Shown here: piece by piece, positions 49,386 to 62,289 of the stretch
Layout of the letters: the number at the start of each line of letters is the position of its first letter
Numbering within the stretch: position 1 is the first letter of the stretch
Assembly (NCBI RefSeq): GCF_004010195.1
Contig: NW_025215376.1
Coordinates: forward strand, 1-64,000
Length of the DNA: 64,000 nucleotides
From: Chiloscyllium plagiosum
Lineage: Eukaryota
Reading direction: 5' to 3'
Position numbers and translations under genes: made by a program
Notes under the pieces: generated by a model
The model's input: the letters and a program-made list of their open reading frames with translations, nothing else
Told to the model about the DNA's origin: nothing
Databases searched by the model: none

Positions 49386-50300
49386 CCCTGGTACCATATT
49401 AAAATACAAAATGCAGATCCAGAATTGTTAAAAATATTAGAGAGAAAAAGAAACAGAGCCAGAAGATAAAGAAAAATGCTTGTATCTTAAAATCTTTACT
49501 CAAAAAAAAGTGAAAAAGTTAGGATTCCAAAGTCTCATCTCCCTGGGTCTAGCCCTAGCTTGGAGTTTCGGTCAGACTCCTCCTGCCACATGCTGTACCT
49601 TTGGTGTCCCTGCTGTGGCCATCCATCACTGTGATGAGTCACCTCTGTTGCTGCCATTTCTGTCACTAATCAACAGGAATAGTTACTACTGCCTCACATG
49701 TTAGGGAGGCTGGGTCCAATTCTTGCCCTGCCGAAGATACTGTAAAAGGCTTTTCAAGAGAAGAACAAAAAGAGAGAAAAGGGCAAAAGAAAAAAGAACA
49801 AAAAAGGAACAAAGAAAACAGACAGAGAAGTGGACAAGCCCCAGCTCAGGAGCTGCTACTCCATCAGCAGAAACTGGTCTATGGTCTAGTGACCAGTTTG
49901 TGATCACAAAAGCCTTTTGCTTGACAATAACCAAGCACCTGTTTCTCAGGCAACTGAACAGTTGGGAGTTGGGAACAAAATACAGAGAGAAGAACTTTGG
50001 GCTCTACTTGCACAAGAGCTGCCACTCTGTTCAGTCCAGTCAAAACCAGTTTTAAAACTGAAGAAAACCATCTCATCTTTACTTCAGCAGTTGTTACTTT
50101 TGACTGTTGAGTCAGCGAACTTTTATAAGTGAACGAGACACCCTGTGCCTCTTGCAAACTAGTGGAAGCATCTTGAGAAAGATGACAAAAACACCATTCT
50201 GATTACCATAAGAATCATAAGGATTACCTCAGCAAGCTGTGAATAGGAGCCATTGAACAGACTTCTCTGTCCAAAACCTATTTTACCCTACCTGTTTGTT

Positions 50301-50302
<2 letters not shown>

Positions 50303-50331
<29 letters not shown>
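50303..50331. repeat. (CT)n microsatellite
   Basis: Dinucleotide run. Confidence 0.9.
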
Positions 50332-50334
<3 letters not shown>

Positions 50335-51323
50335 GAAGGTGGAGTTTATAAGGGAATTAGCATTTTAATTTGAAGTGTTACATCTTGATGGTTTATAATT
50401 ATATATGTGTAGTTACAGTCTAATTTCTTGTAATAAATACTAATTGTTCTTCAGTTCAGAAATCTGTGCTTCCTATCAACTTGGGTCTAAATATTAGATC
50501 TGGTACCGTGTCAAGCATGTTATCCTATTGAGTTGTGATGGCTGTGTCGCAAATTAACCAGAAATCCTACCTGAGACCAGATTTGAATTACAAGAACTTT
50601 GATTTTAACAAAGCCGTGCCAAGTTACAATTCTATTGGGAGCACCGTTTGTGCTCCCTTTCAGAAGTAGGCTTGGATTTGTATTGGAATTCAAATGCTTC
50701 CAGAAAGATATTTCCAAGCATTAGCAAGCAATTTCAGACAACTCACGATTCTATGAATCTAAGTTGCTTGTAATTACATTACAGAATCTGCAAGCATCAT
50801 GGGTTTTCTTCAAAGAAATTGGACCGACTTTGCAATGTATGTAGAACTACCATAAAATGCACCTGAGCACATGATAACATTTCTTTTCATTTTGCAAACT
50901 AAATAAAGCGAGTTTTCTAACTATCTGAAATCCATCCTTATACCACCTTTATTTTATCAGAAATTGCAAGCACAAAAGGTGTTCATGACTTGCTTCCCAG
51001 CACAATAATCCTTTAGGTCACTTTGAGCCAGTGAACTGAGGTGACAGTGCATGATTTTAAAGCTTCTCTGAATAAGGTTCCTCAGCACCCTACGGAATTT
51101 CCATTGTGTGTGATTCCATTGCTTCAGGATCTGGACATAAAATCATCCAATTATCTCCTTCTGGAGGTGGTCAATGCCTCCAGCTTACCTTTGTGTTCAA
51201 TTGCTGTTGCACTGGACAAATTACGTGGACAAAACAAAAGTCATTTGTCTCCTTCCTGATGATATCAAGATTTTTAAAATCCTCAAACAAAATTTCATCA
51301 AATTATTAGCTGTGTACTTTTTG

Positions 51324-51655
51324 CACACACACACTCACTCACACACTCACTCACACTCACACACACAGACACACACTCACATACACACACAGACACACAC
51401 ACAGATACTCACACACACTCACTCACACTCACTCACACCCACACACTCACTTACACACAGACACAAACTATGCACACAATCACACACTGACTTATGCACA
51501 CAGCCACACACACAGATACTCACACACACACACCCTCACACACACATGCACACACACAGACACACACATACACACTCACACATATACACACACGCATACA
51601 CACGCATACAGACACAGACACACTCACTCAGACACACACACAATATACATATATC
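51324..51655. repeat. Degenerate (CA)n microsatellite
   Basis: CA-rich tract. Confidence 0.93.
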
Positions 51656-52124
51656 TAACAATATATGGGACAGCAATCGATCTGTCATTGCCTGATTAAG
51701 GGACCTTCCCCTCTGGATTTTGTCTGTTGTTAGAACATAAGATCACATCCTCCATTAGCATATTATTTCACAAGTTTCAGCTCATATTCATGGTAAATAA
51801 TCCCAGAATAAACTAGTTGAATGGGCAATTCCACATGTGGAAAACTTCCATGCCATAAACTCTTTTGTATCTGCCAATTACATACGTGCTTAAGTATTCC
51901 TGAAGCACACCTACCTCTGGATCTTCACCACGATCACCGTCAGACCAAGGAAATCTACAGCTTTTCCTCTGAGAAATCACCAGGACATGCTCCTAAAATA
52001 TTGAAAGCAAGTATTTTCCACATTCTTGCTGTGAGCTTACAACCTGGTAATAAGTTTGATTTTATCTGAAGGAAAAGTGAACTTCACTAGACACTAACAT
52101 AACAAAAAAAAAGTATAACACAGT

Positions 52125-53060
52125 CATAGAGATGTACAGGACGGAAACAGACCCTTCAGTTCAACTCGTCCATGCTGACCAGATATCCCAACCTAATCTA
52201 CTCCCATTTTCCAGCACTTGGCCCATATCCCTCTAAACCCTTCCTATTCATATACTCATCCATTAAAAAGGCTTATTCAGTTATTCTAGTTTGTTTGGTG
52301 TTGGGGTGTTGCTGGTTTAGTGTAGAATTAGTTGTCTTGTAATCTGCCTGCACAGATTAATGCCTTAGGGAAACAAGCTCAACTTAGAGTCATCGAGTCA
52401 TGCAGACAGGAAGAGATCTTTTGGTCCAGTTCAGCCGTGCTGACCAGGCATCCCAATCTGACCTCGTCCCATTTGACAGCATTTGACCATATTCCTCTAA
52501 ACCTTCCCAGTCTTTTACCCATCCAGATGCCTTTTAAATTGTACCAGCCTCCACCACTTCCTCTGGCAGCTCATTCCATACACGTACCACCCTCTGTGTG
52601 AAAAGATTTACTCATCAGGTCCTTTTTAAATCTTTCCCCTCTCACCTTAAGTCCCAACCTCGAAAAAAGATATTGGCTATTCACCCTCTCCATGCATCCC
52701 ATGATTTTATAAACCTCTATAGCTATGTCCGTACAACTCAAACTGTCCAGCCCTGGCAACATCACTGTAAATCCTCTCTCACGTGAGGTGTTGCATTTTG
52801 GTCAGGCAAACCAGTGCAGGACTTATACAGTAAATGGCAGGGGCCTCGGGAGTGATGACGAACAAAGAGACTTAGAGGCTCCCTGACAGTGGAGTTGCAG
52901 GTAGACAGGGTGGTGAAGAGGACATTGGACACACTTCCCTTTATTGGTCATGACACTGAGTCCAGGAATTGAGATGTCATGTTGTGGCTGAACAGGACAT
53001 CAACGAGGCCGTCTTTCGAATGCTGTGTGCAATTCTGAAAAGATGTTGTTAAACATGAGA
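52125..53060. mobile_element. CR1 fragments: two minus-strand tails and one plus-strand internal piece
   Basis: Matches to the CR1 3' region, e.g. IEVYKIMG and GERFKKDL. Confidence 0.85.
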
Positions 53061-53379
53061 GAAGGAGCTGAGCCAATTCATTTTGAATACTTTGCCTTAA
53101 TAGCAGTACATTCACTTGTCTCCTTCTGGGTGTGAATTTCAGTTTTTCAAACATCTCGAGTGCTGTGTGGAGAACCTCCTCAATTTGAGTTGATTTGGGC
53201 ATAGACACTTGAACATCAGTATAACTGTCTGGGATATTCCTCCATAAAATTAATTGGTTTATTCGTTTATTATCTAGGGAGTCAGATAATAGTACAATGT
53301 CAATGTTGGGGGGGTGGGGGAATAATAGATAATGTACCTACTAAGGTGAATGTGGAATTGCGAAGTGGTACACCTGTAG

Positions 53380-53642
53380 AGTGGTATGGTAGCTCAGTGG
53401 TTAGCACTGCTACCTCACTTTGTCAAGGACCCATGTTCACTTCCGCCCTTGAACAGCTGTGTGGAGTTTACACATTCTGCGTGGGTTTCCTCTGGATGCT
53501 CCGATTTCCTCTCGTAGTCCAAGGATGTGCAGGCTTGGGCGGAAGCCACGGGAAATGCAGGGATGAGGTGGGAATGGTTGGGATACATATTAGCGGGTCT
53601 GTGTAGGTCACATGGTCTGCTTCCCCACTGTCGGGATTCTAT
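53380..53642 (+). mobile_element. Diverged HE1-type SINE
   Basis: GGTAGCTCAGTGGTTAGCACTGCT head and core. Confidence 0.75.
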
Positions 53643-53970
53643 TACATGTACCCCGAGTCACCTATTCCCCAGTACTTAAGTTTGAAATCTCTCTTCTATA
53701 TTCATAAGATAAATTGCAGGGCCTTGGATAGATTAGATTTATGTATTCACCTCATGCATTTTTATTCCCCTAAACTGTGCTGCCCAAGAATGAATAGTGA
53801 GGACAAAGTGGTGATCTGAACAGCTCAAGTAAGCTCCTGGTTCTTGGAATTTATGTCCCTTTCGATAACGAGCAAAACACTTTCCGACTTATTATCATTT
53901 TCCTCACCCTTTCTCGCTACCTTCTATGATCTTTTCTCTTGTGTTGTGGCTAAATACTCTTCTGAATTAA

Positions 53971-54569
53971 GTTGAAAATCACACAACACCAGGTTATAGA
54001 CCAATAGGTTTAATTGGAAGCAGAAAAACGCTCGCTTACTTGCGGAGCGTTTCAGAGAACACCTCTGGGACACCCGGACCAACCAACCCAACCACCCTGT
54101 AGCTCAACATTTCAACTCCCCCTCCCACTCCACCAAGGATATGCAGGTCTTTGGACTCCTCCATCGCCAGACCACAACAACACGACGGTTGGAGGAAGAG
54201 CGCCTCATCTCCCGCCTAGGAACCCTCCAACCACAAGGGATGAACTCAGATTTCACCAGTTTCCTCATTCCCCCTCCCCCCANNNNNNNNNNNNNNNNNN
54301 NNNNNNNNNNNNNNNNNNNNNNNNNNNNNNNNNNNNNNNNNNNNNNNNNNNNNNNGCCCGAAACGTCGATTCTCCTGTTCCCTAGATGCTGCCTGACCTG
54401 CTGCGCTTCTCCAGCAACACATTTCCATCTCTGATCTCCAGCATCTGCAGACCTCATTTTCTCTTAATTGGAAGCACACTAGCAATTAAACCTGTTGGAT
54501 TATAACCTGGTGTTGTGTGATTTTTAACTTTGTACACCCCAGTCCAACACCGGCATCTCCAAATCATGA
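53971..54569. mobile_element. Penelope-type palindromic cassette containing a nested Penelope GIY-YIG fragment (54023-54463, +)
   Basis: Outer duplication CTTCTGAATTAA (53959, 54570) and inner duplication TTAATTGGAAGCA (54010, 54464). The inner ORF reads RRLEEERLISRLGTLQPQGMN. Confidence 0.85.
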
Positions 54570-55214
54570 CTTCTGAATTAAATTAAGCAACTTGCATTTC
54601 TGTTCACTGAGCAACATTCGCCAACTCATTTCACCAACTTGTCCTTTTGGTGTTCTGCCCAATCTCCACGCTCCGCTCCCCCCCCCCCCCCGCATCTGGA
54701 AAATCTGATATTATGCCCTATTTGTCAAAGTCTACCCCTTAATTCATATCACAAATTGCAAATGTGTCAATATGACCCCAGAGGCTTATCACATCAAGCT
54801 TTGCTCCAGTTTAAAAGACATACATGAGATTTCTGTTCCCTGTCACTTTCCAATCTCTGTAAGAGGAATGAAAAACAGCTTATTGCTGCCTATTAATCAC
54901 ATCTCCTTGGAAACGGGTCTTTCAATCAAAGCTGAAAAGCTCTTAGTGCAATCATATTCTCTGTTTTTTCTGTACAGCACCTTGCCTTCTACATAGGATG
55001 TAATAACCTTTAACTTTGCTTAATCTCTCCCAAATAAAAATTTTACAGAGTATAGTCTTGGTTCATGTTTGTGCAGTCAACAACCTTATATATGGTCCTT
55101 ATATATGGCCTCCCTGTTTTCTTTGGGCATTGAATTTGGTCTTTGTTGCATTCCCACACGAGGCCATGTGCTGGAAAATGACAGGAGAACGTTGCTTTTG
55201 ACCAGAACGGACGT

Positions 55215-56335
55215 CATAGAGTCATAGAGATGTACAGCACGGAAACAGACCCTTCGGCTCAACCCATCCATGCCGACCAGATATCCCAACCCAATCTAGT
55301 CCCACCTGCCAGCACTTGGTGCATATCCCTCCAAACCCTTCCTATACAGATGCCCATCCAGATGCCTTTTAAATGTTGCAATTGTACCAGCCTCCACCAC
55401 ATCCTCTGGCAGCTCATTCCATACACGCACCACCCTCTGCTTGAAAAGGTCCCTTTTACATCTTTCCCCTTACCCTATCTCACCCCAAACCTCCCCCCTC
55501 TAGTTCTGGACCCCAGGGAAAAGACTTTGTCTATTTACCATATCCATGCCCCTCATGATTTTATAAACCTCTACAAGGTCACCCCTCAGGCTCTGATGCT
55601 CCAGGGAAAACAGCCCCAGCCTGTTCAGCCTCTCCCTGTAGCTCAAATCCTCCAACCCTGGCAACATCCTTGTAAATCTTTTCTGAACCCTTTCAAGTTT
55701 CACAGCATCCTTCCAATAGAAAGGAGACCAGAATTGCACGCAATATTCCAACAGTGGCCTAACCAATATCCTGTACAGCCGCAATATGACCACTCAACTC
55801 CTGTACTCAATACTCTGACCAAGAAAGGAAAGCATACCAAACGCCTTCTTCACTATCCTATCTACCTGCAATTCTACTTTCAAAGAGCTACGAACCTGCA
55901 ATCTAAGGTCTCTTTGTTTAGCAGCACTTCCCAGGACCTTACCATTAAGTTTATAAGTCCTGCTAAGATTTGCTTTCCCAAAATGCAGCGCCTCACATTT
56001 ATCTGAATTGAACTCCATCAGCGACTTCTCAGCCCATTGGCCCATCTGGTCAAGATCATTTAAATCTGAGATAACCTTCTTCGCTGTCCACTACACCTCC
56101 AAACTTACTAACTGTACCCCTCATGCTCACATCCAAATCATTTATATAAATGATGAAAAGTAGTGGACCCAGCACCGATCCTTGTGGCACTCCACTGGTC
56201 ACAGGCCTCCAGTCTGAAAAACAACCCTCCACCACCACCCTCTGTCTTCTACCTTTGAGCCAGTTCTGTATCCAAATGGCTAGTTCTCCCTGTATTCCAT
56301 GAGATCTAACCTTGCTAACCAGTCTCCCATGGGGT
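55215..56335 (-). mobile_element. Young CR1 3' fragment
   Basis: [23 protein letters not shown] and PLLEYCVQFWSP. Confidence 0.95.
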
Positions 56336-56814
56336 ACCGAGAATGACAATGAAAGAAGACTTTGAAGTAGAGATGTCAAAAGTGAAAGGAGCTGACTTGT
56401 GAAGGGAAAAATAATTTTGTTTTTCTCCATAGACATGCTTACCTCATAGCGAAGTTGTCCCAATTCCACTATCTACTGCTCGATAGGCTATGTTGCACAA
56501 ATGTGCAATATGAGAATTCAAAACCAGCATTAGTCACGAAGAAACAGAATAGCCAGAGCTACATGTGGAAATTGCAGGATGTTTCAAAGGAAGGCAAGTA
56601 GCCAAGATAAGGAATATGGAGCTGGGAATGCCCCAATGTCTCCTCCTCAATGCAGAATGGAAGATGGCATGAGTGGAGGTGAAATCGAAGACCTAAATGG
56701 TCTCATTGTAATCACGTGGGACACATTTGAAAAGAAAACTTGAAGCTGCCAGGGATGCCAATAGAGGTTGTAAGAGGGAGTCTTAAAAGGGAACTGTAAA
56801 GGAAAGTGCCACGG

Positions 56815-58420
56815 ATCATAGAAACGTAGAAAATAGGAGTAGGCCATTCGGCCCTTCTGGCCTGCACCACCATTCAATAAGATCATGGCTCATCATGCAA
56901 TCACAGCGTCCCATTCCTGTCCTTTCCTTGGACCCCTCTATCCCTTTAGCCACAATGGCCGCCTCCAGATCCCTCTAATGAACTGATCCCAACCGCTTCC
57001 TGTGGGAGAGATTTCACGTCTGAGTGAAGCAATACGTTCTCATCTCAATCCTGAATGGCTTCCCCCTTATTCTTCGACTGTGACCCCTAGTTCTGGGCAT
57101 CCCCAACATTGGGAACATACTTTCCCCATCTAGCCTGTCTTGTCCCATCAGAATTTTTAAAGTTTCTCTGAGATTCCCCCTCATTCGTCTAAATTCCAGT
57201 GAATACAAGTCCAGTTGATCCAATCTTTCCTCCTATGTCAGTCCTGCCATCCTGGGAATCTGTCTGGTGGACCTTCGCTGGACTCCCTCAGGAGCAGGAA
57301 TTTCCTTCTTCAGACTAGGAGACCAAAAACTGCACACAAGGTGTGGCCTCACCAAGGCCCTGGATAACTGCAGCAAGACCTCCTTACTCTGATACTCAAA
57401 TCCTCTCGCTACGAAGGCCAGCATTAGCTTTCCCTGCTGTACCTGTGTGCCAACCTTCAGCGACTGTTCCACCATGACACCCAGGCCTCATATCACCTCA
57501 CCTTTTCCTCAACTGCCGCCATTCAGATAATAATCTGATTTCCTATTTTTGCCACCAAAGTGAATCACCTCACATGTATCCACATTATACTGCATTTGTC
57601 AAGTATTTTCCCACTGAGTCAGTCTGTCCAAGTCACCCTGCATCCTCCTCACAACACACACTGCCACCAAGCTTAGTATCATCGGCAAATTTGGAGATAT
57701 GCCAATCAATTCCTTCGTCCAAATGTATATTGTGAACAGCTGGACCTAGCAGCATGCCACTTGTCACTGCCTGCCACTCTAAAAAGGACCCGTGTATTCC
57801 AGCTTTTCGCTTCCTGCCTGCCATAGTTCTCTATCCTTGTTAATTCATTACCTCCAATACCATGTGCTTTAATTTTGCTTACCAATCGATTGTGTGGAAA
57901 CGTGTCATAAGCCACTTGAAAGTCCAGATACATAACAATCTGCAGGTTCACCCCTGTCCACCCCACTGGTCACATCCTCAAAAAAGCTCCAGAAGATTTG
58001 TCAAGCATGATTTCTCTTTACTGAATCAATGCTGACCATGCCCCGGTTCTGTCACTGCTTTGCAAATGCTCAGTTACGACATCTTTATCAATTGACTCCA
58101 GCATTGTTCCCACCAGTAATGTTAGGCCTACCAGCCTATAACTGCCCCTTTTCTCTCTCCCACCTTTCTTAGAGAGAGGAGTTACATTAACTCCCCTCTG
58201 GTCCATTGGAACTCTTCCAAAGTCTGCAGAATGCTGGATAGTGATTGCCAAATGCATTACTTGTTCTAGGGTGACTTCCTTAAGTACTCTGGGATGACAG
58301 AGCATCAGGCCTTGGGGACTCAGTGGGTTTTAATCCCATCATTTTCCCAAATACCATTTCCTGACTAATTAGGATTTCCTTCGGTTTCTCCTTCATGTTT
58401 GACCCACTGTCCCCGAGCGT
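56815..58420 (-). mobile_element. CR1 RT fragment, decayed
   Basis: HPRVLKE, YLDFQ.A.D and KFADDTKLGG. Confidence 0.92.
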
Positions 58421-58686
58421 TTGCTGCAAGTAATTTAGTGAAGACAGATCTTGTATGTGTTCAACCGTTCTGCCATCTTTTGCCTTAACCAGAACAGTGA
58501 GACTGAAGCTACGCACTGGTCTGAGTGCAGGGGATACAAAATCAGAAATTGCTATTAAAACTCAACAGGTCTGGCAGAATCAGTGGAGAGAAAGCAGAAT
58601 TCAGGTTACGAGTCCAATGACTCTTCTCCAGAAAGTAACATGGACGCGAGATTTGAAACGTTTTGTCAAAGGGAAAGCAATATTTA

Positions 58687-58955
58687 AGGTGGCATGGTAG
58701 CTCAGTGGTCAGCACTGCTGCCTCACAGCACCAGGTACCTGGGTTCGTATTCCTACTTCAGGCAACTGTCTGCCTGGAGTTTGCACATTCTCCCTGTATC
58801 TGTGTGGGTTTCCTCCTGCAGGTCAGGTGAATTGGCCATACTAAATTGCCCATAGTGTGAGGTGCATTAGTTAGGGGAATGGGTCAGGGTGGGTTACTCT
58901 TCAGAGGGTCATTTTAGGCTGAAGGGCTTGTTTCCATACTTTAGGGAATCTAATT
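58687..58955 (+). mobile_element. HE1-type SINE
   Basis: Boxes, core and tail. Confidence 0.85.
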
Positions 58956-59455
58956 TAAAAAAAAACTCCTTTTTCTTCAAGTAACGCAATATCTGTAATG
59001 TGGAACACAGGAGCTACTTAAATCTTTTTTGGAGAACAAGTTAATTTTTCTTCCAGGGAGAGAAACTAACATAAATGTGTCAGAGAAGTGTGGATGCTAT
59101 CCCTGTTCCATTGTACAAAGAGCAATTGAAATATAATTGCTTGTCGAGAATAGTTGGAGTAGTTGTTACGAAATTACCCACGGATGGAGTTGACATTCTC
59201 CGGGGTAATGATTTGGATGGTGTCGGGGTTACCTATAATCATGGAAAGTCCAAATGAAGGTAACGAGGCAATTTAGTTAGTGTGACACAATTCAGGTAAT
59301 TTTCCATTGCAGTGACCAGAAAAATGGCTAAACAAAGTCAAAATAACCTAAACCTGCAGTCAAAATAATTTCAGAAGTGGATGTGATAGTTGCTGAACGT
59401 TTTTTTAAAGGTTGGGGATAATTCAACGGAAGTATTTTGCACATTCTCCTTAATT

Positions 59456-59685
59456 GATTAGATTAGATTAGATTACTTACAGTGTGGAAACAGGCCCTTC
59501 GGCCCAACAAGTCCACACCGANNNNNNNNNNNNNNNNNNNNNNNNNNNNNNNNNNNNNNNNNNNNNNNNNNNNNNNNNNNNNNNNNNNNNNNNNNNNNNN
59601 NNNNNNNNNNNNNNNNNNNNNNNNNGGAATTGAACCCGGGTCTCTGGCGCTGTGAGGCAGCAGTGCTAACCACTGTGCCACCGTG
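59456..59685 (-). mobile_element. HE1-type SINE spanning an N-gap
   Basis: Head and tail lie on either side of the gap. Confidence 0.88.
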
Positions 59686-59879
59686 CAAACAGGCCATTAA
59701 GTTAGTCCGGACAGTTGAGGTTGAATGACCCTGGAGTGCTGTTAAGAATATTAAGAATGGAGTCCTGATTAGGATTTGGAGACTCTCTTGGAGACGTGCA
59801 GTTGAGGAATGGTTGGCTGTTGATCTAATAATGGTACTCCCTTAATATAGTAAGGACACATTCCAAGTAGCAAGTGCAA

Positions 59880-60459
59880 TTTCTGTGCCAGGCCATGGGG
59901 GAATACAGAAAGGTCAAATATTGAAAAAAATAGACAGTTTATTTGACCATCACTTCATAAGAATGCAGTCCAGTTTTGAAAAACATGCCCCATTTTTGAG
60001 GTAGTGGGGAAACAATTATGTTTATGGAGCTTTCAACAGTTGATGGGGGCTTGGAGCTGGATGTGGACGCTATTGTTCCTCTGTCGGTTCCAGTTAAAAC
60101 CTGAGGCTCTCTTCCAGTTGCTAGAATTGCATGCGAGACAATCTATTTCACTGAATTTGCCTTTGCCAAGAGTGTGTTTTTGGGATGTTATTATCTTGAA
60201 AGTTACTGTTTAGTAGATAAATAAACCATTCTTCTGTGAAGTTTTTTTCAATGGAGTTGTTATTCCAATTCCTTTTTTGCTTGTTGTATTTTAGCTATTG
60301 TGCATGAATAAAGTAATTTGCTTCAAGCCTGATAGTCTGAACAATCTAATTACATCCGAATGCAACCACCCCCTGCTATTTGCCTTTACTATAAGAAAAA
60401 CCTGGGGCACAGGCTGTCTCCTTGATATATTTTGAGGGGGCTTGGTCTGATTTAGAACA
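59880..60459. mobile_element. Probable solo LTR, distant inverted relative of 18599-19244
   Basis: AATAAA at ~60307 and an end TTTTGAGGGGGCTTGGTCTGATTTAGAACA resembling the family terminus. The left boundary is uncertain. Confidence 0.45.
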
Positions 60460-62289
60460 CGTATAACAAACAAAACATCGTCAGTAGAAGCGAAAGCAAC
60501 ATCTTTGTCCTCCACATTCAGGTTTCTATGTCACTTTCACGTTGCTTCCTGAGGTATTCTCCAAGCCCATGTTGTTTTCAACTTATGGTTGCATCCACAC
60601 AAATATTGAAGAATTGACTGAGATGATCCAGTCTATTGTGACAATACTTGTTCTTTCAAAGACCTTTCCAATGTTCTATCAAAACCCAGATATCTACAAC
60701 AATCGAAAAATAATTAATGATGATAAAGTTTTGGGGTTTTTGCTTGCATTCTGGGAAAACATCTTTGTATTCTCAACAACGTTGCAGAATTCTCAATGCA
60801 TAATGTTGCAAGAAGATCGAAATGGGCTTTTTTCATCAGTAACATCTGCTTCAGGATTTCAGGCAATTCCTAGCCAAGGTGCCACCGTTAAAATCTTTGA
60901 TTAGTCCACCGCATTACAGGAGGACGTGAGCTCAATTGCAAAAATAAGAAATTTGTAAGGATGCAGACTGGGCTGGAGAATTTCAGCACTGAGAAAAGTT
61001 GGCATTAGTTAGACCTAAATCTTACGTCTCTAAGTTTCTGTTTTGATGAAATTTATTGGTTTAGTATGTGAGCATTTTTTCTACTCAACAGATGCTGCTA
61101 GATGCGTTGGATATTTCCAACTTCATTTCATTTTTTTATGTAGTGTAGGTGGAATATTATATTTGTAAAGGTAACTGAATCAACATATGATTTAGAATTA
61201 ACATGGTAGATAGACTGGAAGTGTCAATCTTGGCTGTGTTATCATTAAGAATGCACATAGTTTAGGAGCATCCATACCTTAAATCCATGAAAGCTTGGGC
61301 TTAAGTCCCAACTACTCCAGCGGCGTGTCATACCCATGCAGTTCCTTTGCTCATTGTGATACAAAACTCATAAAAAGCATTTAGAGATCTGTATTTCACC
61401 AGCATAATTAAACCAATGTGCAATATTCCAAAGTGAGAATTGGACAGAGTTGCTGTGTTGCTGAGTGTCATTACCGCTGTTGCGAGTATGTAGTGAGCCT
61501 TGGGTTATACTGAAGTACACATCTATGGACTATTTGCAGTGTGCGATGTTGTGAGCACGCTTAGACTTGAGGATGCCAGCAGAAACATAAAAGTCAATGT
61601 GAAGAAATATTTTGATAATATGAAACCACTAGGCTCTCTTTATGTTGAGCATAGAGAGAGCAAATGTGGGAAGAAGGGCACGACTCCTCACCTCAACCTC
61701 CCACACACAATCAATATAAAAGAACCAGGTAAGCGTGAGTGAAAAGCAATGAGGTTAATGCATAACTTGGGTTTTTTAATCCAGTTACAAATAAAAGTTA
61801 CTCAGTTATCATGTGTAGAGCTGAACTCATGCCCCCAAATTAACAGGGATGACGGGCTTTAGATCATACACCCATGGACATCACAACCATACCATCTCTG
61901 CACCAATTTTCCTTTCCCATTGTTCCAAAGAAGATGTGATAGAGGTATTGTAATGCAGCCTGAATGTGAAATTTGGAAAACGCTGATTATTATCTTGGGT
62001 CAAAACCTTGAAATTTCTTTTGCAATATCGATACCATTGTACAAATATCAAGACAGCGATTATACCAACAAATAAACAACAGCAAATCAAAACACAATGG
62101 AATTCTACTTGAACTGGTGACAATTTAAAAGGATAGGCGACTCCCAACTCAGGTATACTGATGTAATGTATGAGTAATCAGGCACACCATAGATATTTGT
62201 CGGCAATCTGTTCAGATGTGTTATGGAGCAGATGGAATAAGAACCAGGATTATCGAGCTGAGAGGTGAGGAACACTGTTTCTGTGTAAT

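Noticed and set aside
51174..51695. His/Thr-rich ORFs (also 23168-23549 and 41253-41567)
   Set aside because: Translations of (CA)n microsatellites.
55230..56006. 258-aa plus-strand ORF
   Set aside because: Antisense frame of a young CR1.
61500..61742. ORF starting MGY with a CAG|GTAAG donor, as a second GPCR first exon
   Set aside because: The start is TTG, there is no YYP...G.P TM1 pattern, and no second exon is visible.
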